Assembly (NCBI GenBank): GCA_963768765.1
Contig: CAVYJK010000028.1
Coordinates: 48,576-112,575, forward strand
Direction of reading: 5' to 3'
Length of the DNA: 64,000 nucleotides
Source: an uncultured delta proteobacterium
GTDB taxonomy: Bacteria > Desulfobacterota > Desulfobaccia > Desulfobaccales > 0-14-0-80-60-11
The notes under the pieces are model-generated. The model was not told the origin of the DNA and searched no databases. It saw nothing but the letters and a program-made list of their open reading frames with translations. The number at the start of each line of letters is the position of its first letter. Positions within the stretch are counted from its first letter, which is position 1. Shown here piece by piece: positions 52,215 through 61,360 of the stretch. A program made the position numbers and the translations under genes.

Positions 52215-54507
52215 CTAGCGTCTGGACAGCAAATTGCCATTAGCCACCCACACCTTGATGCCGTCAAAGGCCAGGCCGGTGGGCGCCCCCGGCGTGCTGA
52301 ACGTGCCCAGATTGAAGGCGTCGGCGGCCCGGAACTTGGTGACATTGGTGCTGCCCTGGTTGGCCACCCAGATGTTACTGCCGTCAAAGGCCAGGGCCAC
52401 AGGGTTAGTGCCCGCCGTTATGGGTCCTGTGGGAGTCCCACCGGACGTGATGTAGTAGACGCCGTCGCTGCTGGCCACCCAGATTTTGGTGCCGTCGAAG
52501 GCCACCGCCTTGGGGTTCGTGCCCGCGGCAATGGGCCCGAGGTTGGGGGAGGTTGCGTTGGGCAGCATCCGGTAGACGCCGCCGCCGCTGGCGGCCATCC
52601 AGAGGTAGGTGCCGTCAAAGGCCAGGGCCTGGGGAGTAAAAGCTCAATGCCACGGAGGTCGGCGTTCCGGTAGCGGCATCGATTTTAGTAAGACCGTTCG
52701 TTCTGCCGACCCACATGTAAGTCCCGTCATAGGCCAGGGAAGTGGGGACGACGCCGGCGCCCAAGGAAACGGTGGAACCGGCTACCACGGGAATGCCGTC
52801 GTTGATGATGAGAGACAGTTTTCTCACGTCGTTGCTGGTGGAGCAGGCCAGCCATATGTAGACCCCGTCGAAGGCCAGGGCCGTGGGTTGGCTGCCGGTA
52901 AACGCAAAGGTCGCCTTCAGCGCCCCGTCCACGACCTGGTACTTGCCCAAAGAGTTATTGGACTCCCCCACCCACACATTGACGCCGTCAAAGGCCATGG
53001 GCGCCGGGTTGGCTGCCGCTTGGAAAAGGGTGATATCCGGATAAGCCTTCAGGTTCTGCGGGTACCAGCGGAGCACGGCCACCTGCAGGGGATTGTAGGC
53101 CCCTGGTCCCGCCGGACCTGCCGGACCCACCGCACCTGCCGTACCTGCCGGACCTGTTGCGCCTGCCGGCCCTGCTGGACCTGCCGGACCCACCGCACCT
53201 GCCGTACCTGCCGGGCCTGTTGCGCCTGTCGGCCCTGCTGGACCTACTGCGCCAACCGGACCTGCCGGGCCCGTGAGTCCGGTGGCGCCGGTTAAGCCGG
53301 TGTCACCCTTAGCGCCTGTCGGGCCTGCCGGGCCCGTGAGTCCGGTGGCGCCGGTCAAGCCGATGTCGCCTTTGGGACCTTGCGCCCCGGTGGCGCCGGT
53401 TAAGCCGGTATCGCCTTTGGGGCCTTGGGCGCCGGTCAAGCCGGTGTCACCCTTGGCACCTGCCGGCCCTGCCGGGCCCGTGAGTCCGGTAGCGCCGGTC
53501 AAGCCGATGTCGCCTTTGGGACCTTGCGCCCCGGTGGCGCCGGTTAAGCCGGTATCGCCTTTGGGGCCTTGGGCGCCGGTCAAGCCGGTGTCACCCTTAG
53601 CGCCTGTCGGGCCTGCCGGGCCAACCGCACCATCCGCACCTGCCGGGCCCGTGAGTCCGGTGGCGCCGGTCAAGCCGATGTCGCCTTTGGGACCTTGCGC
53701 CCCGGTGGCGCCGGTTAAGCCGGTGTCGCCTTTGGGACCTTGCGCCCCGGTGGCGCCGGTTAAGCCGGTATCGCCTTTGGGGCCTTGGGCGCCGGTCAAG
53801 CCGGTGTCACCCTTGGCGCCTGCCGGGCCTGCCGGGCCAACCGCACCATCCGCACCTGCCGGGCCCGTGAGTCCGGTGGCGCCGGTGGCGCCGGTGAGCC
53901 CAGTGGGACCAGTGAGCCCAGTGGGACCTTGGGCCCCGGTGGCGCCGGTTAAGCCGGTATCGCCTTTGGGGCCTTGGGCGCCGGTCAAGCCGGTGTCACC
54001 CTTAGCGCCTGCCGGGCCTGCCGGGCCAACCGCACCATCCGCACCTGCCGGGCCTGTGAGTCCGGTGGCGCCGGTGGCGCCGGTGAGCCCAGTGGGACCA
54101 GTGAGCCCAGTGGGGCCAGTGAGCCCAGTGGGACCTTGGGCCCCGGTGGCGCCGGTGGCCCCAGTGGCTCCGGTGTCACCCTTGACGCCCGGGATTCCCT
54201 GAGACCCGGTGGCACCGGTGGGACCCGCCGGTCCTGCCGGTCCCACCGGTCCCGCCGGACCCTGGGGTCCTGGCGTGCCATTGGCATAGAGGTATTCTAT
54301 GTACCATATTGTTGCATCCCACCCTGCCCCAGAAGGGAAAGTAGGCCCCCCCGGCGGCAGGCTGGCTGCCTTGATAGTAGTTGCCTTGGTAGTCGTGGTA
54401 GTGGTCTTGGCAGTAGTGGTCTTCGCACTTACATCCTTGACCAGCACCGGCAGGCAAAGGATGGCGGTGCTCAAGATGATAACGAATAATGATTTCCGCA
54501 TTATCAT
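52215..54507 (-). CDS. Secreted collagen-like triple-helix-repeat protein with C-terminal 7-bladed beta-propeller (NHL/YVTN-like repeats); one frame disruption near 52640
   Basis: The order is signal peptide [28 protein letters not shown], a Thr-rich linker, then roughly 130 uninterrupted G-X-Y triplets (about 53100-54280). Seven repeats follow with the motif [AS][LVM]A[FY]DG..[IVM]W[VLM]. The last four blades are in ORF 52215..52598, joined at a C4/C5 run. Confidence 0.85.
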
Positions 54508-55022
54508 GCTGGGATTCCTCCTGAGCCCCCTGCTCCTTGCATTTGGAAGAGGCAGCGATCGCCAGCCCCCCCGGACGATATAGCTTTTGCCGTCTGGTTG
54601 CAGGGTTGAATTGTTTATTGCCGCAATGGTTGGAGCCGCGCCTTGGTTAGAAGTGCCCTGTTAAACTGCAGAGAAACAATCAGGAGAATTTGTTACACCA
54701 TCCACGATGTAGAGGAGAATCATCGTTATGTAAACTTTAGCAAAGCCTATGATACGGATTTTGGAATAGATTTCAAGAAAAATTTTCACTAAATTGCAAT
54801 TAATTATAATTTTTTGGCATAATTCGTTTTAGTGGCTCATAAATAAGGCTGTAACTCCCGAAAAAATGGTGGGGCTGGCGGCCTCAGATTCGTCTGGAAA
54901 GACCTGTTCCGAAGCATTAGGTCGGACCGGATGGATTTAGCCACCCCCCGGCCCTGGCTCCGGTCCCCCATCTTGTGCTATCATCAGACAACACTCCCAT
55001 ATCATCCCCCCGAGGAGGCCTC

Positions 55023-57053
55023 ATGGAATCTGTAGCCAGCCTGAAAGCGGTTTTCCGTCCCCGGAGCGTTGCGGTCATCGGCGCCTCCACCGCCCCCGGC
55101 AAGCTGGGCCACGACATCCTGGCGAACCTGAAGGCCGGCGGCTTTCCCGGACCGCTCTATCCCATCAACCCCAAGGCCGAGGAGATCCTGGGCCTCAAGG
55201 TATATAAGTCGGTGACCGAGACCCCCGCCCCGCCGGAGCTGGCGGTGGTGGTGATTCCGGCCAGGATCGTGGCCGCGACCATAGAGCAGTGCGCCGCGGC
55301 CGGGGTCCAGGCGGCCATCGTCATCACCGGGGGCTTTGCCGAAGCCGGCCCCGAAGGCGAACGCCTCCAGGACGAGCTGGCCCAGGTGGTGCGCCGCACC
55401 GGCATCCGGGTGGTGGGCCCCAACTGCCAGGGGGTCAATATGCCCCACCAGCAGATGTGCGCCTCCTGGCCGCTTATCACCACCCAGGGGAAAATTGCCT
55501 TCGCCTCCCAATCCGGCACCGTGGGCGCCGCCTTCCTGGATATGGCGGCCGCCGAGCACCTGGGGGTGAGCGGCTTCGTGTCCCTGGGCAACCGGGTGGA
55601 CGTGGACGAAGCCGAGGTGCTCAGCTACTTTAACCAGGACCCCCATACCCAGGTCATCGCCCTGTATCTGGAAGGCGTGAAGCGGGCCTCTTATTTCCTC
55701 GACGCCCTTAGGTCCGCCCAAAAGCCCGTGGTCATTCTCAAGGCGGGCCGCACCACCCAGGGGAGCCGGGCGGCGGAGTCCCACACCAAGTCCATGGCCG
55801 GCACGGATGCCGTCTACGAGGCCCTGTTCCGCAAATACCGGGTGTACCGGGCCGACAACCTGGAGGAACTCTTCGATTTTGCCAAGGCCCTGGCTTATCT
55901 CCCCCAACCCACAGGCCCGCGGCTGATGATCACCACTTCCTCCGGCGGCGCCGCCATTCTGGCCATTGACGAGGCGGAAAAGTGCGGCCTTACGGTGCCG
56001 GAGCCCAACCCCATTCTCCAGGAAAGATTAAGGGAATTTTTGCCGTCCCACTGCGCCGTGGGCAACCCCGTGGATCTCACCGGCGACGCCATCAGCGCCC
56101 CGGACCTCTACCGCAAGGTGATGGACAAGACCCGGGACGACTACGACGCCCAGGTGGTGATCTTCGGTGACCCCATCCCCGGGGCCGCCGACCAGGTCAC
56201 CGCGGGCGCCCCGGAGCTGGTGATCTTCCTGGGGGGCGCCGAAGTGGAGCGGGAAGAGCGGCAAAAGTTATATGAGAAAGGCATCCCGGTCTTCCCCACC
56301 CCGGAGCGGGGCGTCAGGGCCCTGGCCCAGTTTTTCCGGTTTGCGCCGGCGACTCCTGCGCCCCCGGGACTTCCCAAGGTGGCCGTGGCCCAGCCCCTGA
56401 AGCTGCTCCCTGCGGGGGAAGCCGCGGCCATGATGGCCAAAGCCGGCATCCCCGCGGCCGCCGCCCCCCTGGCCCGGGACGCCGACGAGGCCGTCTCCCT
56501 GGCCCGGCAGTTCGGCTGCCCGGTGGCCTTGAAAATTTCCTCTCCCCAGATCGCCCACAAAACCGACATAGGCGGGGTGCTCTTGGGCCTGGAAAACGAC
56601 GAGGAAGTGCGCCAGGGCTTTCAGGACATCATGGACGCCACCACGCTCTTTGACACCGCCGTGCGGGTTGAAGGCGCCACCGTCTCTCCCCTGGCCAAGC
56701 CCGGGGGCCTGGAGGTCATCCTGGGCACCATCACCGACCCCCAGTACGGCCCCACCCTGATGTTCGGCCTGGGAGGCGTCAACACCGAGATCTATCAGGA
56801 CGTGGCCTTCTGTATCCTGCCAGCCGATGAGGCCGAATTGGCCGACCTGATGCAGCGCATCAAAGGCTATCCGCTGCTCACCGGCTACCGGGGCCAGCCC
56901 CCCCGGGACACCGAGGCCCTGCTGGCCGCCATGAAGGCCCTGGCCCGCTTCGCGGCAAAACACCCGGAACTGGACCAGATCGAACTGAACCCGCTGCTGC
57001 TTTATGAGAAGGGCTTGTTCGCGGTGGACGTGCGGATTTTTTCGAGGATTTAG
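55023..57053 (+). CDS. ADP-forming acetyl/acyl-CoA synthetase (fused alpha-beta; acetate--CoA ligase family)
   Basis: It has a CoA-binding N-terminus PRSVAVIGASTAPGKLGH, then GPNCQG, SQSGTV, and a C-terminal ATP-grasp domain (FGCPVALKISSPQIAHKTDIGGV). The likely ATG is at 55023. Confidence 0.85.
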   Translation: MESVASLKAVFRPRSVAVIGASTAPGKLGHDILANLKAGGFPGPLYPINPKAEEILGLKVYKSVTETPAPPELAVVVIPARIVAATIEQCAAAGVQAAIVITGGFAEAGPEGERLQDELAQVVRRTGIRVVGPNCQGVNMPHQQMCASWPLITTQGKIAFASQSGTVGAAFLDMAAAEHLGVSGFVSLGNRVDVDEAEVLSYFNQDPHTQVIALYLEGVKRASYFLDALRSAQKPVVILKAGRTTQGSRAAESHTKSMAGTDAVYEALFRKYRVYRADNLEELFDFAKALAYLPQPTGPRLMITTSSGGAAILAIDEAEKCGLTVPEPNPILQERLREFLPSHCAVGNPVDLTGDAISAPDLYRKVMDKTRDDYDAQVVIFGDPIPGAADQVTAGAPELVIFLGGAEVEREERQKLYEKGIPVFPTPERGVRALAQFFRFAPATPAPPGLPKVAVAQPLKLLPAGEAAAMMAKAGIPAAAAPLARDADEAVSLARQFGCPVALKISSPQIAHKTDIGGVLLGLENDEEVRQGFQDIMDATTLFDTAVRVEGATVSPLAKPGGLEVILGTITDPQYGPTLMFGLGGVNTEIYQDVAFCILPADEAELADLMQRIKGYPLLTGYRGQPPRDTEALLAAMKALARFAAKHPELDQIELNPLLLYEKGLFAVDVRIFSRI

Positions 57054-57130
57054 GGGAGGGGGAAAGAGAGATGTGGGGGGAGGGCCAGGAACTTCGTCCC
57101 TGCCCTCCCCCACACCCCTCCCCCAACCCG
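57052..57130. repeat. Family B G-rich hairpin element downstream of the acyl-CoA synthetase gene
   Basis: The sequence is aggggagggggaaagagagatGTGGGGGGAGGGCCAGGAacttcgTCCCTGCCCTCCCCCACacccctcccccaacccg. Confidence 0.8.
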
Positions 57131-57295
57131 TGTAAGAGGGAAGCCGGGGAAGCGGGGCCTGACGGCCCCACCTTCCCCGGCCCAGAAACCCTGGTGGCAC
57201 CGGCGTCCCGCCTGTGCTGGAGAAAGATGGTGGGCAAGGCCCAACCTGGCAGGTTTGAATCGGTGGCAATATGTCTCCCTTAGAATTCTTCCGCC

Positions 57296-58519
57296 TTGCA
57301 GACCCGGGAAGAAGTCCTGGCCCTGTACACTCGCTTTGCCGCGGTGGGGGTGGAGGAAGTGGAGCTGGCCGCGGCCGTGGGCCGGGTGCTGGCGCAGGCC
57401 ATCGCCGCGCCGGAGGACGTGCCGGCTTTCCTGCGGGCCTCCATGGACGGTTACGCAGTGGCGGCCCAGGACACCTTCGGGGCCAGCGTCGGCGCGCCCC
57501 AGTACCTGGAGATCAAGGGTGAGGTCCCCATGGGCCAGGCCCCGGATAGGGCCCTGGGCCCCGGCGAGGCCCTGCGGGTGCCCACCGGCGCCATGCTGCC
57601 CGCAGGGGCCGACGCGGTGGTGATGGTGGAGTACACCGCCGAGCATCCCGACGGCACTCTGGAGGTGCGCCGGCCCGTGGCCCCCGGGGAAAACGTCCTG
57701 GCGCCGGGAGAGGACGTGGGCCGGGGCCAGGCGCTGTTCCCGGCGGGGACCCGGCTGCGCCCCCAGGAGATCGGCCTGATAGCGGCTCTCGGCATAACTC
57801 GCCTGACGACTTACCGAAAACCCCGGGTGGCCATCCTCTCCACCGGGGACGAGATCATCCCCCTGAACCGGCAGCCCGCCCCCGGCCAGGTGCGGGATTC
57901 CAACGCCTATCTCGCCCTCGCCCAGGTGGCCGCCTGGGGCGGCGTCCCTTTACTGAGGGGAATCATCCCCGATGACTACCCCGCCTTGAAGGACGCCCTG
58001 GCGGCCGCCGCGGCCCATGCCGATCTGATCCTGGTGTCCGGCGGCTCCTCGGTGGGGGCCCGGGACCTGACCCTGGCCGCCATCCGGGACCTGCCGGGCG
58101 CCGCCATCCTGGTGCACGGGGTGGCCATCCGCCCCGGCAAGCCCACCATCCTGGCCTCCCTGGGAGAAGCCGCCCCCAAGCCCCTCCTGGGCCTGCCGGG
58201 GCACCCGGCCTCCGCCGCGGTGGTCATGGAGGTGCTGGGAAGGCCGCTTCTGGAGCAAGTGTCCGGCCTGCAGGCCAAAGCCTCATGGGGCAGTACGGTG
58301 ACGGCCCAACTCTCCCGCAACCTGGCCGGGGCCAGCGGCCGGGAGGACTACGTCCGGGTGCGCCTGCGCCTGGAGGCCGACACCCTGTGGGCCGACCCGG
58401 TGCTGGGGCCCTCGGGGCTCCTCTCCCCCCTGGTGAAGAGCGACGGCCTGGTCATGATCCCTTTAGGCGTGGAAGGACTGTTCAAAGAGGAGCCGGTGTC
58501 GGTGCGGTTGTTTGGGTGA
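57296..58519 (+). CDS. moeA: Molybdopterin molybdenumtransferase
   Basis: 407 aa with RASMDGYAV, PTGAMLP, STGDEI and SGGSSVG. The track start is TTG. An ATG at 57271 in another frame (MSPLEFFRL) suggests a possible further indel at the 5' end. Confidence 0.9.
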   Translation: MQTREEVLALYTRFAAVGVEEVELAAAVGRVLAQAIAAPEDVPAFLRASMDGYAVAAQDTFGASVGAPQYLEIKGEVPMGQAPDRALGPGEALRVPTGAMLPAGADAVVMVEYTAEHPDGTLEVRRPVAPGENVLAPGEDVGRGQALFPAGTRLRPQEIGLIAALGITRLTTYRKPRVAILSTGDEIIPLNRQPAPGQVRDSNAYLALAQVAAWGGVPLLRGIIPDDYPALKDALAAAAAHADLILVSGGSSVGARDLTLAAIRDLPGAAILVHGVAIRPGKPTILASLGEAAPKPLLGLPGHPASAAVVMEVLGRPLLEQVSGLQAKASWGSTVTAQLSRNLAGASGREDYVRVRLRLEADTLWADPVLGPSGLLSPLVKSDGLVMIPLGVEGLFKEEPVSVRLFG

Positions 58520-58525
58520 GGAATT

Positions 58526-58583
58526 GTGGGGGAGGGGGGATTGGGGGGAGGGCAGGGATGAAGTCCCTGGCCCTCCCCCCAAA
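58526..58583. repeat. Family B G-rich hairpin element between convergent moeA and the UPF0104 gene
   Basis: The sequence is gtgggggaggggggattGGGGGGAGGGCAGGGAtgaagTCCCTGGCCCTCCCCCCaaa. Confidence 0.8.
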
Positions 58584-58594
58584 TTTTTCCTGCC

Positions 58595-59555
58595 TCACTT
58601 CTCCCGCCACACCACCAGGAGGCCCAGGCTGAGCCAGAAGGCTTCCCGGATGCGTCTGAGGACGCTGAACGCGGCTCCCAGGGTGAAGCCCAGGTTGAAG
58701 CCCAGGGCCAGGAGGATGTTGCCCCCTTCCTGGACCCCCACGGCCGCGGGGATGAAGAATCCCATGGCGGTGAAGAGCATGGCCAGGGCGTCCAGGCAGA
58801 TGGCCAGGCCAAAGTCGATGGGGTGCCCCAGGAGCCAGAACATCAGGTAGACTTCCACGGCGTGGAGGATCCAACTCAGGAAAAACAGGGTAAAGGCCAG
58901 GGCGGCCCGGCCCGGATAGTGCCGGTAAAACCGGGACATGGATCTGTCCAGGTCGTTAAGGAACCCTTCTTTTTCCTTGAGCAAGGCGGGGCACCAGCCC
59001 AGTTTGGAAAAGAGGCGGACTACCTGGCCGCAGGGTCCCTGCCGCTGCACCGCCACGAAGGTGATGCCCGCGGCCGCCAGGACCAGGGCTGCCAGGCTCA
59101 AACCGGCGAAATGGTCCATGGCATCGGGCAGGAACACCGGGGCCAGGGCCAGGCCCAGAAAAATATAGAGGGACAGGCTCAGGACCAGGATGCCCTTGTG
59201 AATCACCACGGAGGCCGCTGGCCGTATCCAGGGGGACGCCGCCGGCCTGGAGGCGGGCGGCCTTGAAGGGCTCGCCCCCCATGGAGGCGGTGGGGGTCAG
59301 TTGGTTCAGGGATTCCCCCCCCAGGCGCAGCCAGAAGAGGCGGTTTAAGGAGATCCCCGGGGGCAGGTTCAGGATCAGGTATTTCCAGGAGATGGCTTCC
59401 AGGAAGTTGACCAGGCCGTAAGGCAGCAGCAGCACCGGCCAGTACCAGCCCACCCGCCACAGGTAGTCCCCCAGGGTATCCCAGCCCACCTCATTTAAAA
59501 TCCAGACAAAGAAAATGGAGGCGATGGCCAGAAGAATCAGATTGAGGCGGCGCAA
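58595..59555 (-). CDS. UPF0104 / lysylphosphatidylglycerol-synthase-TM-region-like (flippase-like) membrane protein; frame disruption near 59222
   Basis: ORF 58956..59624 (LNLILLAIASIFFVWILNEVGW..GGEPFKAARL) continues in ORF 58595..59209 (AASVVIHKGILVLSLSLYIF..FIPAAVGVQEGG). The likely TTG start at 59555 follows an AAGGA RBS. The extreme 5' part of the track ORF is REP sequence. Confidence 0.65.
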
Positions 59556-59596
59556 AGACTCATCCTTCCGTGAGGGGTATCTAAGGGCATTTCCCC

Positions 59597-59652
59597 GCAG
59601 GGGCGCACCTATGCGGGCGCCCACTCCGGGCGGACACGCAGGTCCGCCAATC
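59597..59652. repeat. Double REP unit downstream of emrB
   Basis: The sequence is cgcaGGGGCGCACCTATGCGGGCGCCCactccGGGCGGACACGCAGGTCCGCCaatc. Confidence 0.75.
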
Positions 59653-59723
59653 TTGAAAAAATTTGGTATAAGGCCCTGCTGCCGTCAAGGGGCCTGAATG
59701 CCATGATAACAAATGGGGCGGGA

Positions 59724-61310
59724 TCAGGGAAGAGCTTCAATGCCCGGCTCTTCTTCGTGCCTGGGGCTGCGGCGCATCAAAAAGACCAGGGGCAGCAGGA
59801 GCAGAAACACGATGGTGAAAAACCAGTAGTCGTCGCAAAAGGCCAGCATCTGGGCCTGTCTTCAGCACCTCCTGGTAGAGCCCGGCTACGGCCTGGGGGG
59901 CGTTCCACAGGTGCCAGTTGGACCCGAGGTCCGGGAAGATATCCGACATGCGCTGGCGCCATTCATTAAAGGGGAGGGAATACGGGGTCAGGTGCTCCAC
60001 CAGGCGGCTCTGGTGGAACTGGCCCCGCCGGGCCAGCAGCGTGGTGGCGGTGGCGATGCCGAAAGAGCCCCCCAGGTTGCGCATCAGGTTGAAGATGCCG
60101 GTGGCGTTGCCCATCTTTTCCTGGGAGATGCGGGACATGGTGAGGGTGGTGAGGGACACGAAGGTGGTGCCCAGGCCGAAACCCTGGATGAACCGGGGCC
60201 ACCAGGCCGTCACGTAGTCAATCTGGGGGGTGTACAGGTGCATGAGATAAACCGCGTAAGCATTGATGCACAGCCCCACGAAGACCAGGATGCGGCTGTC
60301 CAGGACGGTGGTGAGACGACCTACCACGGGCATGATCATCAGGGAGCCGATGCCGCCGTAGGCCAGGGCCCAACCCGCGGTGGTGGCGTCGTAGCCCATC
60401 AGGGTCTGGAGGAACAGGGGCAGGAGCATGATGCTGCCGTAAAGCACGAACCCGAAGAAGAACATGATGGTGGTCCCGGAGGCATAGTTGCGCTCTTTGA
60501 AGAGGCGCAAATCCACCACCGGTTCTTTGATCTTCAGCTCCCGGTAGATCAGCAGAATCAAGGCCACGGCGGAGACGATGGCCAACCGGGTGATGAAGCC
60601 TGAAGAGAACCAGTCCTCCCGCTCGCCTTTGTCCAGGACCACCTGGAGGGCCCCCAGGCCCACCACCAGGAGGCCCAAACCCCAGTAATCGATGCGCCCG
60701 GCCCGCTGGGCCCGGATGTAAGGCGGATCGAAGATGAACATCCTGGTGAGGATGAGGGAGAAAAACCCGATGGGCAGGTTGATGTAAAAGGCCCAGCGCC
60801 AGGTCAGGTTGTCGGTGACCCAACCGCCCATGACCGGGCCGACGATGGGGGCAATGATCACCCCGATGCCCCACAGGGCCATGGCCATGCCCCGCTCCTG
60901 CACCGGGAAGGTTTCCAGCAGGATGGCCTGGGAGATGGGCTGCAGGGCCCCGCCGCCGACTCCCTGGAAGATGCGGAAGACGATGAGCTCCCCAGGCTGG
61001 TGGCCATGCCGCACAGCATGGAGCTGACGGTAAACAGGACCAGGCAGATCATCAGAAAGCGCTTGCGGCCGAACAGGGCCGAGAGCCAGCCGGTGATGGG
61101 CAGGATGATGGCGTTGGAGACCAGGTAGGCGGTGAGGATCCAGGTGGTTTCATCCACCGAGGACGCCAGGGACCCGGCCACGTGGGGCAGCGCCACGTTG
61201 ACCACCGTGGTGTCCACGATCTCCATGAAGGTGCCGGCCATCACCGCAATGGTGATGAGCCATTTATTGACTTCCGCCGGCCCGGTGTCGTTGTTAGGAG
61301 TTATGGCCAT
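59724..61310 (-). CDS. emrB: DHA2-family MFS efflux permease (EmrB/QacA type, 14 TM); frame broken twice (approx 60991 and 59862)
   Basis: The N-terminal ORF 60858..61310 (MEIVDTTVVNVALPHVAGSL..LCGMATSLG) joins 59737..61014 (ELIVFRIFQGVGGGAL..) at a G4/G5 run. The C-terminus is recovered in another frame as QAQMLAFCDDYWFFTIVFLLLLPLVFLMRR, with a stop at 59724-59726. Confidence 0.85.
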
Positions 61311-61360
61311 AGTAAGGCTTGGTCATACTGAACCAGAGCTGCGACCGAATAAAACCCCCA

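Noticed and set aside
53273-54202. 309-aa plus-strand ORF with ([11 protein letters not shown])n repeats opposite the collagen-like gene
   Set aside because: It is the complement of the G-X-Y repeat. The minus-strand frame is preferred because it alone is continuous with a signal peptide upstream and a structured beta-propeller domain downstream. It also has a plausible start and a terminator.
54810-54840. Sigma-54 promoter-like TGGCAT-N..-GTTT upstream of the acyl-CoA synthetase gene
   Set aside because: The -12 GC element is missing at the required 10-bp spacing from the GG, so only the -24 half resembles the consensus.
56268-57646. Minus-strand ORFs 56268..57269 (333 aa) and 57050..57646 (198 aa)
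   Set aside because: They are antisense to the acyl-CoA synthetase and moeA genes and cross the family B repeat. They have low-complexity Gly/Pro/Arg composition.
22447-59652. Whether the dispersed hairpin repeats could be a CRISPR array
   Set aside because: The copies are scattered over 37 kb in separate intergenic regions. They have variable inner stems and no regular repeat-spacer periodicity, and no cas genes are present. They fit REP/MITE-type elements instead.
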